Part shown: piece after piece, positions 10,211 to 21,696 of the stretch | Numbering within the stretch: position 1 is the stretch's first letter | Layout of the letters: each line of letters starts with the position of its first letter | Sequence record: SRR20825010_2136 | Length of the DNA stretch: 64,000 nucleotides | Strand: one strand, 5' to 3' | Program-made: the position numbers and the translations under genes | Notes under the pieces: model-generated | What the model was told of the DNA's origin: nothing | Databases searched by the model: none | What the model saw: only the letters and a program-made list of their open reading frames with translations

Positions 10211-13200
10211 TTAATTCCCTCCTTTTCTTGTGGTGTCTGCATTTACTTCTTCTTGCGATGGCGCCTCCGCTTCTAGTTTCTCAATCTGTTTCAACTTTAT
10301 TTTTGCCTCTTCTTTAATATCATCCAATTGAGAATACTGAATGATTGAGTTTACCGTAGCCTTGGCTTGAAAAATCTCATTCAAAGCAATATAGTTGTCA
10401 GCAATCAATAAAAAGGCTTTTCCGAGCCATTCATCATAGGCTGAAAAATTCTCATTCATTTCAAAAAGCGTATTCAACGACTGTTGATACTGTTTTTGTT
10501 GATAGAAAATCTTACCCACCATGAACTGTGACTCAGCTCCATACTGGTTCTTGGCCGTATTCAACGTGGTCAAGAACTGGTCAATGGCTTCATCGAAATT
10601 GCCTTCAGCATAAGCTGCTTTACCTAAATAAAGCTGTGCTTTATCCGTAGCTTCTTGCGTAACAGACCCCTTGGTAATAATATTCTTAGCGTAAACTCGC
10701 ATTTGAGCATATTCACTCAATCGATAATGCGCTTCTAACAAGCCTAACCAAGCATCATTTTCTTGCCTTTTACTTTTGGCTACTTTTTCCAATTGACCAT
10801 AGAAGCTCGTGGCCTCTTTAAAGTCACCCGCTTTTAACTGCAACTCACCAATACGCTCAAAAACACGATCCATTCCCGTGATTTTGTTATCACGATTGAT
10901 CGCATAGAACATTTCAAGCGCTTTCTCTGTGTCACTCAAGCGGTAATAGCTTTCTGCCTGGTAATATTTAGCTTCATGCACCAAACCGCTGTTAGGGTAA
11001 TTCTTTCTATAATCTTCCAAAGCACCAATAGCAGCGCTGTATTCTTGTCCAAAGAATAAGTTTTTGGCTGATTCAAATTCAATATTCTCTAAAGCCTGAT
11101 TCTCAGGGTGAGCACTCTTATAACGTGCCAAGTACTGATCAAACTGAATGGTTTTATTCTGAAGCTTTAAAGTATTTTGTAAACCAAGCAAGGCCGAATT
11201 AGAAACCGAACTGGTGATATAATTGTCCAAAATGGTTTTGTAATCACGCTCTGCCTGATCGTAGTCTTCTAAATTAAAATAAGCCAAAGCACGACTCTCA
11301 TAAGCATAAGGAATAAATGGACTTTGGTTCAGTCGATCTATAATTCTGTTAAACCCTTGAATCGAATTTCTAAACTGACGGTCTTCCAATTGAATTTGTG
11401 CCTTCTTATAAATAGCATCATCATAATAACGCGAATCGGCAAAACGATTGATCACCACATCTAAACTAGCGATGGCATCCGCAGGCCTCCCTTCAAAATC
11501 ATACACCACTCCTTTTTGAAAATAGGCGTAATCAATATTTGGGTTACTAGTACCGATAGCGCGATCGTAATAAGTAATCGCACTAGCATATTCCTTATCT
11601 ACATAGTAGCAATCGGCAAGCCTGATGAGCGCATCATTGTAATTTTGTTTGTCGCGGGCATTTTCAAGCGCATCTACATAACGCTTAAAGTAAGTTCTCG
11701 CATCCGTATATGATTTACCATTATAGTAAGCATAGCCCAAACCGTAATTTGCCTTCACCAAATATTCTGAATTTCTACTTCCCGAAGTGATTACCTTCTT
11801 ATAGGAAGCAATCGCTTGAGGATAATTACGAGCCGTGGCAAAAGCCTCTCCTTTCCAGAAGTAAGTGGCGGTGGCCAAATCCTTGTCTATCGGGTATTGG
11901 AGCGATTTATCGAACAACTGCACCGCATTATCATACTTTCTTGCATTATAAAACTCCGTTCCCTTAAAAAAGGTCACCTTTTGGTATGCCTCTTTCAGTC
12001 GGTCGGATTTGTTTTGAATTCTTTCAATGAAAGTAATCGCTCTCGAATAATCATTCGTATTCAAAAAAGCTTCACTCAATAAATTGTTCGCTTCAGGAAT
12101 GTAATCACTGGTTGGATAATCTCTCATGAACTTATCCAAAGCAATAATGGACTGAGAATATTTACTGGCCTGGAAGTTTACCTTGGCCGAATTGAATGCC
12201 GCTTCTTCCTGAATTTCTTTATTGAAACCTAAACTGGCAGCTTTATCAAACGCAGCTATGGAAAAAAGGAAGTTTTCTTGCTCTACGTATAGTTTCCCTA
12301 AATAATAAGAGGCGTTTTGGGCAAGCGTATCACTATTGAGCGCCACTTTTTTGAACTGCTCTATGGATTCTTCTGCTTGTCCTGTGCTATAATAGGCGTA
12401 GCCCATTCTGTACAAAGTCTCTTGGGTAACATTTTGCTGCGCCAGTTGACTGTACAAATCATAATACTCTAAACTCTCCTTATACTGTCCTTGGTTGTAA
12501 TATGACTCGGCTGTCATTTGGTAAATCTGATACAGATAATCCAGCTTGCGGTTTTCGGCTATCGCGGTCTTAAACTGTGAAGCATATTGCACCAACTCGC
12601 CATAACGCTTTTGCTGATAATAAGCACTGGCCACCATAATGGGCACCCTGTTTTTATACTTTTCAGTTGTGCCAGCATTTTTTAAATCGACCAGCGCCTT
12701 GTCGTACTCCTGATAAGCATAGGCCAGATAACCCGAATAGTAGTTTGCATCGGCAAAGTAAGGGCCTTGGCTCCCTTTGGCTTTATCGAAATAAGGAACA
12801 GATTCCTCATACTTTCTTAAAGCATACAGCGAATAGGCAATTTTAAAATTGGTTTCTACCCTTTCTTCCCCATTGAGGGCTGAAGCGTTTACCAATTTGA
12901 AATACCTTTCAGCAGTGGTGAAATCTCCATTTTTAAAACTCACCACACCCAAATTATAATAGGCTTTTGCCGCCTTGGGGTGATTGGGTCTGTTTCTTAC
13001 AAATTGTGATATCAATTGTGCCCCATCGCCATTGTCGAGGTTGAGGGCGCAAAACGCCATATAGTATTCGGCATCTGCCTTTTTAATTTCGTCATCGCCT
13101 TGGGCCAAATATCGCTCAAACTGATCACGGGCAGCGCTGTACTTCTCCATCTCCAAAAGTTCCAGTCCCGAAGAAAAATAAATATTCGGGTTAGATGGAT

Positions 13201-13273
13201 GTAGTGTGTTTTGTGCGTTTAATGACCCGTGAAGACAAACCAGTGTGGCGATCAAAAGAATTTTGTGCTTCAT
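10211..13273 (-). CDS. Large periplasmic tetratricopeptide-repeat protein (1020 aa)
   Basis: Signal peptide, then TPR repeats (e.g. AYYNLG, ALIRLADCYY, AYFQKG) along the whole length. Confidence 0.9.
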   Translation of the reverse strand: MKHKILLIATLVCLHGSLNAQNTLHPSNPNIYFSSGLELLEMEKYSAARDQFERYLAQGDDEIKKADAEYYMAFCALNLDNGDGAQLISQFVRNRPNHPKAAKAYYNLGVVSFKNGDFTTAERYFKLVNASALNGEERVETNFKIAYSLYALRKYEESVPYFDKAKGSQGPYFADANYYSGYLAYAYQEYDKALVDLKNAGTTEKYKNRVPIMVASAYYQQKRYGELVQYASQFKTAIAENRKLDYLYQIYQMTAESYYNQGQYKESLEYYDLYSQLAQQNVTQETLYRMGYAYYSTGQAEESIEQFKKVALNSDTLAQNASYYLGKLYVEQENFLFSIAAFDKAASLGFNKEIQEEAAFNSAKVNFQASKYSQSIIALDKFMRDYPTSDYIPEANNLLSEAFLNTNDYSRAITFIERIQNKSDRLKEAYQKVTFFKGTEFYNARKYDNAVQLFDKSLQYPIDKDLATATYFWKGEAFATARNYPQAIASYKKVITSGSRNSEYLVKANYGLGYAYYNGKSYTDARTYFKRYVDALENARDKQNYNDALIRLADCYYVDKEYASAITYYDRAIGTSNPNIDYAYFQKGVVYDFEGRPADAIASLDVVINRFADSRYYDDAIYKKAQIQLEDRQFRNSIQGFNRIIDRLNQSPFIPYAYESRALAYFNLEDYDQAERDYKTILDNYITSSVSNSALLGLQNTLKLQNKTIQFDQYLARYKSAHPENQALENIEFESAKNLFFGQEYSAAIGALEDYRKNYPNSGLVHEAKYYQAESYYRLSDTEKALEMFYAINRDNKITGMDRVFERIGELQLKAGDFKEATSFYGQLEKVAKSKRQENDAWLGLLEAHYRLSEYAQMRVYAKNIITKGSVTQEATDKAQLYLGKAAYAEGNFDEAIDQFLTTLNTAKNQYGAESQFMVGKIFYQQKQYQQSLNTLFEMNENFSAYDEWLGKAFLLIADNYIALNEIFQAKATVNSIIQYSQLDDIKEEAKIKLKQIEKLEAEAPSQEEVNADTTRKGGN

Positions 13274-13369
13274 TTATCTCTGTTTGTTCACTCTTTATCT
13301 AAACTCTAATCTCTTATGAATATTGCTGTCGAACAATTACCACTAAGAATAATTTATTCGACCTATTTA

Positions 13370-14392
13370 TTAATGCATCAACCGATACACCAATTCCTTA
13401 AAAATATCTCCGTCCGTCATGCTGCCTGCTCCCACTCCCTTGCTTCTTAAATCTGCTTCGTGAAGAATACTAATATTCTGCATCACTTTACTCACTGGGT
13501 AATTTCGCGCAGCCAGTTTATATTCCTTTATAAAATAAGGGTTTGTGCCCATAGCAGCCGCCAGTCCTTTATCCGACTGATCTTTACTTCCGTGAAGGAT
13601 CAGCAGTTTGGCATAATAAGAATACAAAGCCGCCACCATCGGAATGATTGGGTTGGCTTTTGAATTGGCCGCAAAGTAATTCACCATTTTGTTGGCCTTT
13701 AATATATCACGCATTGAAATGGCTTTCTGCAATTCAAAAACATTGTATTCTTTACTGATTCCAACGTATTTCTGAATCAGGTCTTCGTTGATTGTTTTTC
13801 CCTCACCCAGATTAACAATCACTTTACCTATTTCATTGGAGAGCCTTTCTAGGTTCGTTCCAATGTATTCTGCTAGCATTTGTACAGAATTTTGATTGAT
13901 ACTGTAGCCCTGAGACTTCACATACTTATCAATCCAAGCGGGCAGCTCATAATCTCTTATTGGTGTGGTGGTGACCAACACCGACTTATCTTTCAAGGCT
14001 TTAGCCAAAGGCCTTCTGCCGTCTACTTTCTTATGCTTATGCCCAAAAACCAAAACCGTACTGGGTACAGGTTGCTCCAAATATTGCAACAGCAATTTCT
14101 GGCCATCCTCTTTATTCAAATCTTGAATATCCTTGGCCTCCTTTACAATCACCACTTGCCTTTCGGCCATCATCGGGAACCTACGGGCGTGGGTAAGCAC
14201 TTCGGCCATATTAACATCCTTACCATAAAGAATGGTTTGATTAAAGCCCCTTTCCGCTTCTTGAAGACAATTATCCTCGATATAATCTAAGATTTGATCG
14301 ATGTAAAAAGGTTCTTCGCCCTGCAAAAAATAGACTGGTTTATAGTCACCGGATTTTAATGATTGTAAGACCTGATCAGGATGCAAACTCAT
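13370..14392 (-). CDS. holA: DNA polymerase III delta subunit
   Basis: PVYFLQGEEPFYID, FNQTILYG, RRFPMMAERQVVIVKEA, VGISKEYNVFEL and ADLRSKG motifs. Confidence 0.95.
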   Translation of the reverse strand: MSLHPDQVLQSLKSGDYKPVYFLQGEEPFYIDQILDYIEDNCLQEAERGFNQTILYGKDVNMAEVLTHARRFPMMAERQVVIVKEAKDIQDLNKEDGQKLLLQYLEQPVPSTVLVFGHKHKKVDGRRPLAKALKDKSVLVTTTPIRDYELPAWIDKYVKSQGYSINQNSVQMLAEYIGTNLERLSNEIGKVIVNLGEGKTINEDLIQKYVGISKEYNVFELQKAISMRDILKANKMVNYFAANSKANPIIPMVAALYSYYAKLLILHGSKDQSDKGLAAAMGTNPYFIKEYKLAARNYPVSKVMQNISILHEADLRSKGVGAGSMTDGDIFKELVYRLMH

Positions 14393-14602
14393 GGAATCAA
14401 TTTGTCACGAATATACAATTCGCATTCCGTTTTAGCATATACAAAAGCAAGTATCTGCTGGTCGGTTTTAGAAATAAATTGCAATGAATACGCACAAGTC
14501 TAAATATTACAATGATGTCTAAGAAACACTATGAAAATGAGCAGCAAAACCAAAATCTGGTTAAGAATAGAACCAATTTGGGTAATGCTTGAGTTGACTG
14601 AT

Positions 14603-14610
14603 TATATTTG
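14603..14610 (+). promoter_or_regulatory. Bacteroidota -7 promoter element
   Basis: TATATTTG ends 6 nt before the ATG at 14617. Confidence 0.5.
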
Positions 14611-14616
14611 TACAAA

Positions 14617-15303
14617 ATGAGTGAGATGGTTGAAAAGTGGATCAAAGAAGGGGCTAAACACTGTGAGAATGCAAAATTTGAAGAAGGTGTAAAGTGCTTT
14701 AATAAAGTGTTGGGAATAGAACCAAACCATACAACGGGATTACACAACCGCGCCAGGGCACTTTCTAGAATTGGCCAACTGGAAGCTGCTTTAGCTGACT
14801 TTGAAAAACTGACCCAACTCTTCCCTACTCACGCCTCATTTATTGGCGATTATGCTGTTGCCCTCCACCTCAATGATAAAAATGATTTGGCTTTAGTTCA
14901 TTTTGAGAAAGCACTCCAACTTGAGCCTACCAACCCCTACCGTTATTCGAGCCGTGCCTTCTTCAAAGACAGAACTGGCGACTTAGAAGGCGCAATTGCG
15001 GATTATGAAAAAGCGGTTGAATTAGACCCAGAAGATGCCATAGCCTTAAACAACAAAGGCTTAGTAGAGGAAAAGCTAGGCTATAAAGACCAAGCAAAAC
15101 AAAGCTTTGATCGTTCCAACAACCTTGTGGGCTACGACCCCACAAAGCCCAACCCGCTACCAAAAACAGAGAACAAAGCACCAAAATTCATTCCCTCCAA
15201 GCCCACCAACCGCTGGGAAGTAATGAAATCTGTATTCACCAAAGAAGGCTTTAAAGATTTCGCTAAGTTTACTAAGGGTTTGGTGAAGGGGAAGAAGGGG
15301 TAG
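14617..15303 (+). CDS. Tetratricopeptide-repeat protein
   Basis: Several TPR units (ALADFEKL, FEKALQLEP, AIADYEKAVELDP, ALNNKG). ATG at 14617 preferred over TTG at 14608. Confidence 0.85.
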   Translation: MSEMVEKWIKEGAKHCENAKFEEGVKCFNKVLGIEPNHTTGLHNRARALSRIGQLEAALADFEKLTQLFPTHASFIGDYAVALHLNDKNDLALVHFEKALQLEPTNPYRYSSRAFFKDRTGDLEGAIADYEKAVELDPEDAIALNNKGLVEEKLGYKDQAKQSFDRSNNLVGYDPTKPNPLPKTENKAPKFIPSKPTNRWEVMKSVFTKEGFKDFAKFTKGLVKGKKG

Positions 15304-15338
15304 CTTTTAGCTTCTGATGTTTTATAGTAAAAGCAAAT

Positions 15339-15364
15339 GGATCCTGAGTCAGGCTCAGGATGAC
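15339..15364 (-). repeat. REP-like palindrome (GTCATCCTGAG family)
   Basis: Minus strand reads GTC-ATCCTGAG-CCTGA-CTCAGGAT-CC, an 8-bp perfect stem. Confidence 0.7.
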
Positions 15365-15484
15365 GGCCCTATGAGACTTTTTTAGAGTTTCACGCTGCCC
15401 ACGATTCCCGGAGTGTTTCGGTACCCCTCAATTAACTTTCTTTGCGTTTCTCAGCGTACTTTTCGGTTTAATAAAACCGAGTTC

Positions 15485-15530
15485 TATGTACACTCCTTTT
15501 CATCCTGAGCGGCAACAGAAGGAACTAAAG
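15485..15530 (+). repeat. REP-like element, left copy of an inverted pair with 18602-18645
   Basis: TATGTACACTCCTTTTCATCCTGAGCGGCAACAGAAGGAACTAAAG aligns with the reverse complement of 18602-18645. Confidence 0.7.
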
Positions 15531-15701
15531 ACATCCCTTCTGTTGCAGTGTTTCGTTAGTTTTTTGGTGTACTAGGTGTGAGCTCCACAAATCAATCCCC
15601 TCTTAGGTTATTGCTCGGTTTTTAAGCAAAACATTTACAAATGATTGACAGCCAAACAGAAAGGTTTATTAACTTGAGATACAAACCATAAAGCGCAGAA
15701 C

Positions 15702-16067
15702 ATGACCGACACAAGCCACCACGATGAACGCATTGCGAAAATGACTTTTGCTTCGGTATATCCGCATTATGTTACAAAAGTTGAGAAGAAAGGCAGAACA
15801 AAAGCAGAGTTACATGAAGTGATTGAGTGGCTAACTGGCTATAATGAAAAGAAACAACAAGAGCTTATTGAAGAAAAAGCAACTTTTGAAAAATTCTTTC
15901 AGAATGCTTCGCTAAACCCTAATTCTCCGCTGATTACTGGTGTAATCTGCGGTTATCGTATCGAAGAAATTGAAAACAGATTAACACAACAAGTAAGGTA
16001 TTTAGACAAACTGGTGGATGAATTGGCCAAAGGTCGTAAGATGGAGAAGATTTTGAGAGAGGCTTGA
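15702..16067 (+). CDS. DUF2200 family protein
   Basis: [34 protein letters not shown] and [13 protein letters not shown], as typical of DUF2200. Confidence 0.9.
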   Translation: MTDTSHHDERIAKMTFASVYPHYVTKVEKKGRTKAELHEVIEWLTGYNEKKQQELIEEKATFEKFFQNASLNPNSPLITGVICGYRIEEIENRLTQQVRYLDKLVDELAKGRKMEKILREA

Positions 16068-16215
16068 ATCCATTCATATCGTCATTCTCTCCTAGGCTTT
16101 GGAGATGATGAACGAGAAAATTACCTGGAGCCAAGAACAGACGCTCCGAAGCCTCGGAGCTTTCTTCGCCTTACGTTGCACTTCAGGTTCATCAGAATAA
16201 CGACTAATTTTAACC

Positions 16216-16246
16216 AAAAAAGGTGGTGCTTCTCAGCACCACCTTT
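16216..16246 (-). terminator. Rho-independent terminator of katG
   Basis: AAAAAA-GGTGGTGCT-TCTC-AGCACCACC-TTT. Confidence 0.8.
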
Positions 16247-16277
16247 CAGTATTTACATTAGGTATTTACCTCTTAAC

Positions 16278-18503
<2,226 letters not shown>

Positions 18504-18553
18504 TTATTGTTAACGAATACAATTTAAGAAAACCCTTTCGATAATTTTTATTT

Positions 18554-18585
18554 ATAGTTTTTATGAAGGTATAGATAAAAACTAT
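18554..18585. promoter_or_regulatory. Probable OxyR (LysR-type) operator upstream of katG
   Basis: Perfect 11-bp inverted repeat ATAGTTTTTAT-N10-ATAAAAACTAT, containing ATAG-N7-CTAT at 18571-18585. Confidence 0.6.
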
Positions 18586-18601
18586 ATCAAGACATGACTA
18601 G

Positions 18602-18645
18602 CTTTAGTTCCTTCACTCCGTTCAGGATGAAAAACAGTGTGCATA
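18602..18645 (-). repeat. REP-like element, right copy of an inverted pair with 15485-15530
   Basis: Minus strand reads TATGCACACTGTTTTTCATCCTGAACGGAGTGAAGGAACTAAAG. A more degenerate forward copy lies at 18703-18729. Confidence 0.7.
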
Positions 18646-18782
18646 AAATTGGCATATCTGATAAATGTAAAGTAAACGACTAAAGTATATTTACAGGTTT
18701 CTTTTCCTGAGAGAAACGAAGGATCTAAATAGGTGTGTAGACAATTGGTTTATGATGCTGAAGCAGTTGCCTACAAAAACAA

Positions 18783-18810
18783 AAAACCTCCAGATAAATC
18801 TGAAGGTTTT
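18783..18810 (-). terminator. Terminator of kynA
   Basis: AAAACCT-C-CAGAT-AA-ATCTG-A-AGGTTTT stem with an A-rich left flank. Confidence 0.6.
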
Positions 18811-18833
18811 GAATCTCGTTTTAAGAAAAGGAC

Positions 18834-19796
18834 TTAACCTATAACATTCTGATCTACCCAATGCTTACCCCATTCGTTTTGTTCCTCTTCAGACCATAGC
18901 TCTGGGAAGAAAATAACCTTCTGAAATCTTGGAGGAAGGTACTTTTGCCAATTGGTTCCGCCTGTAGCTTTAATGTCTTCTGGGCTGCGTTGCAAATAAC
19001 GCACCGCTGATTTATAATGCACCAAAGGCCAATCTACATTGACTAGTAAATCATAACGCTTCAATTCGGCAACAAGCTCTTCTATTCCTACCAAATCTTT
19101 ATAAAAGCGGGTATAAAGCTGATTTAAGTTGGTAGACTTCACCTCATTGGCGAGTTGGATAAACTCTTTGGAATACTTGGCGTCAAATTGATCGAGTGTC
19201 AAGGTTTTCTTCCCTGTTTTCAATTCTGTAGCTCCTGTCATCCAGTAAATAGAATCGTAGAGTTCTTCAATTGAAGCATAAGGATCGAAGTCATCTCTTT
19301 TTTTATAGTTCACCAAGTTGATCATGTCGGTAGAGGCAATTTCGATCATGCGGTATTGCGCAGACTGAAAGCCAGAAGCCGGTAAAAGCGACATTCTAAA
19401 CTGTAAAAACTGCTCCTTTTCCATGCCTTGAATCATGATGGAAAACGAATGGCAAAGGTGTTCGAAGTAGTTATTAATACGCTTTACTCGAGCCGTGAAA
19501 AACTCAAGGTTTGGATGTTCAGCAGATTGCATTTGTTTCATTTCCCACAGAATCAGTTTAAAATACAACTCTGTAGACTGATGGTAAACGATGAAAATCA
19601 TTTCATCAGGGAAATAGGTTTTGGGATGTTGAAGCGCCAAAAGCGACTCCAAATTAATGTATTCCCAATATTTGAGGTAGTCCGCATGAATTAGTCCATC
19701 GAGGTAGGAAGCCATATCTTGCCCCATTGCTTCGTACTTGGCCTCGAGCTTTTTAATTCTATCTAATATCCCTTGGTCGATTTCCTTGTTGTTCAT
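18834..19796 (-). CDS. kynA: Tryptophan 2,3-dioxygenase
   Basis: YWEYINLESLLALQ, DEMIFIVYHQSTELYFKL, PASGFQSAQYR, ATGGT and FFPELW motifs. Confidence 0.93.
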   Translation of the reverse strand: MNNKEIDQGILDRIKKLEAKYEAMGQDMASYLDGLIHADYLKYWEYINLESLLALQHPKTYFPDEMIFIVYHQSTELYFKLILWEMKQMQSAEHPNLEFFTARVKRINNYFEHLCHSFSIMIQGMEKEQFLQFRMSLLPASGFQSAQYRMIEIASTDMINLVNYKKRDDFDPYASIEELYDSIYWMTGATELKTGKKTLTLDQFDAKYSKEFIQLANEVKSTNLNQLYTRFYKDLVGIEELVAELKRYDLLVNVDWPLVHYKSAVRYLQRSPEDIKATGGTNWQKYLPPRFQKVIFFPELWSEEEQNEWGKHWVDQNVIG

Positions 19797-19859
19797 ACGT
19801 TTGTATTGTACTGAAATACGTGCAAATTTGAAGGATAATTTTTAGAAACCAAAGAACAT

Positions 19860-21074
19860 ATGAATACCGATAACCACGTTAATATTCAGAAATCGTCAAA
19901 ACAAGATACTTTTGAACACCCTGATTTCTACGGAATGGATTCCATGCTTACCGAAGAGCACATCATGGTGCGTGGCGCGGTGCGTGATTTCGTAAAGCAA
20001 GAAATTTCTCCTTATATAGAGAGTTGGGCGCAAAACGCGCACTTTCCACTAGAAATGGTGAAGAAATTTGGCGACATCGGAGCATTTGGCCCACAGCTGC
20101 CTACCGAATATGGTTGCGGTGGAATGGACTACATTTCTTACGGTTTGATTATGCAAGAAATTGAGCGTGGTGACTCAGGCATGCGTTCTACGGCTTCGGT
20201 ACAAGGTTCTTTGGTAATGTACCCTATCTACAAATTTGGCAACGAAGAACAACGCCACAAATACTTACCAAAATTAGCCTCTGGCGAATGGTTGGGCTGT
20301 TTTGGTTTGACAGAACCTGATCACGGTTCGAACCCTTCGGGCATGACCACCAACTTTAAAGACATGGGCGACCATTACCTTTTGAATGGCGCTAAAATGT
20401 GGATCTCAAATGCTCCACATGCCGATGTGGCCGTTGTTTGGGCGAAAAGCGAAGAAGGCCGAATTCACGGACTGATTGTAGAGCGTGGCATGGAAGGTTT
20501 CTCCTCTCCTACTACGCATGGCAAATGGTCGTTGAGAGCAAGTGCTACAGGCGAATTGGTGTTTGACAATGTGAAAGTGCCGAAAGAAAATTTACTTCCG
20601 AACAAAAGTGGTTTGGGTGCGCCAATGATGTGTCTGGACTCTGCCCGTTACGGCATTGCTTGGGGTGCTATTGGTGCCGCAATGGATTGTTACGAATCTG
20701 CTAGAAAATATTGCGCTGAGCGTATCCAGTTTGATAAGCCCATCGGGTCTTTCCAATTGCAGCAAAAGAAATTAGCAGAAATGCTGACAGAAATTACCAA
20801 GGCGCAGTTATTGAACTTCCGTTTAGGTCAGCTTTTTAACGAAGGGAAAGCCACTACGCCACAAATTTCTATGGCCAAACGTAATGCGGTAGAGGTTGCC
20901 TTGAACATTGCCCGCGAAGCAAGACAAATGCATGGTGGAATGGGTATTACAGGCGAATACCCAATGATGCGACATATGGCCAACCTAGAATCTGTAGTAA
21001 CCTATGAAGGAACACACGATATTCACCTGCTCATTTTAGGTGCTGAGATTACTGGAATTCCTGCTTTTAAGTAG
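19860..21074 (+). CDS. gcdH: Glutaryl-CoA dehydrogenase (acyl-CoA dehydrogenase family)
   Basis: ERGDSGMRSTASVQGSLVMYPIY, GCFGLTEPDHGSNP, ARYGIAWG and TYEGTHDIH motifs. Confidence 0.9.
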   Translation: MNTDNHVNIQKSSKQDTFEHPDFYGMDSMLTEEHIMVRGAVRDFVKQEISPYIESWAQNAHFPLEMVKKFGDIGAFGPQLPTEYGCGGMDYISYGLIMQEIERGDSGMRSTASVQGSLVMYPIYKFGNEEQRHKYLPKLASGEWLGCFGLTEPDHGSNPSGMTTNFKDMGDHYLLNGAKMWISNAPHADVAVVWAKSEEGRIHGLIVERGMEGFSSPTTHGKWSLRASATGELVFDNVKVPKENLLPNKSGLGAPMMCLDSARYGIAWGAIGAAMDCYESARKYCAERIQFDKPIGSFQLQQKKLAEMLTEITKAQLLNFRLGQLFNEGKATTPQISMAKRNAVEVALNIAREARQMHGGMGITGEYPMMRHMANLESVVTYEGTHDIHLLILGAEITGIPAFK

Positions 21075-21112
21075 TGGACGTATAGCAATGATATATCATC
21101 GCTATACGTCAC
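21071..21112 (+). repeat. GTAG-headed REP-like hairpin at the gcdH stop codon
   Basis: GTAGTG-GACGTATAGC-A-ATGAT-AT-ATCAT-C-GCTATACGTC-AC; the right arm stops before regenerating CTAC. Confidence 0.6.
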
Positions 21113-21132
21113 ATTTGTGACTGACACATAAC

Positions 21133-21696
21133 GTTGTAGCTAATGTCGTTTAGAAAATGGATTGGTTAATTGAAAATTACGAGTGGTTACTATCTGGGGC
21201 AGGAATCTTTATTCTTGGATTCATAATTGATTTCTTTCGAAAAAAAAGGAGTTCCAAAGATTTGAATGATTCGACAGGAAACTCTCCTTCAAATAAAATA
21301 AAAGCCAAGAAAGTTAGTTTGAACCAAATCTTCGTGAATAACTCGAATACTGGAGACATTAAAACAAAATCATATAAGCAAAACAAGTCTCTTAAGGACC
21401 CTGATCTCAAAAAAATAAAGGACACATATTTTGGAGCAAAAAATAAATTCCGCACCTATTTAATTAAAAAATTGGCTGATGAAAGAAATAAAAATCTTTA
21501 TCTCCAAATTCATCACATAACTGATGCTGCTGAAGATGAAAAAGGAATTGAACAAACAGTTACATTCTCAGAGATCATAAAATTGAAGGAAGAAGGACTA
21601 ATAAGCTTTGAATTGGAAAACAATGAAATTCCAAGCCCATATACTTACATAGTCTTGACTGAAAAATATTTTGAACTACTTTAACCACTTCTTACA
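21133..21696 (+). mobile_element. Putative solitary integron-type gene cassette
   Basis: Begins at GTTGTAGC (R'-like core) 24 nt before an ATG and ends at TTACA (truncated R''-like TTACAAC) 8 nt after the stop. It holds a single, visibly AT-rich ORF. Confidence 0.5.
21157..21684 (+). CDS. Hypothetical membrane-anchored protein (cassette cargo)
   Basis: N-terminal TM helix (WLLSGAGIFILGFII), basic linker and a possible C-terminal winged-helix segment (IIKLKEEGLISF); AT-rich coding sequence. Confidence 0.7.
   Translation: MDWLIENYEWLLSGAGIFILGFIIDFFRKKRSSKDLNDSTGNSPSNKIKAKKVSLNQIFVNNSNTGDIKTKSYKQNKSLKDPDLKKIKDTYFGAKNKFRTYLIKKLADERNKNLYLQIHHITDAAEDEKGIEQTVTFSEIIKLKEEGLISFELENNEIPSPYTYIVLTEKYFELL

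Noticed and set aside
16079-16204. Degenerate GTCATTCT...AGAATAAC inverted pair and GCTCCGA-AGCC-TCGGAGC hairpin after DUF2200
   Set aside because: Probably a decayed REP doublet, but too degenerate to delimit confidently.
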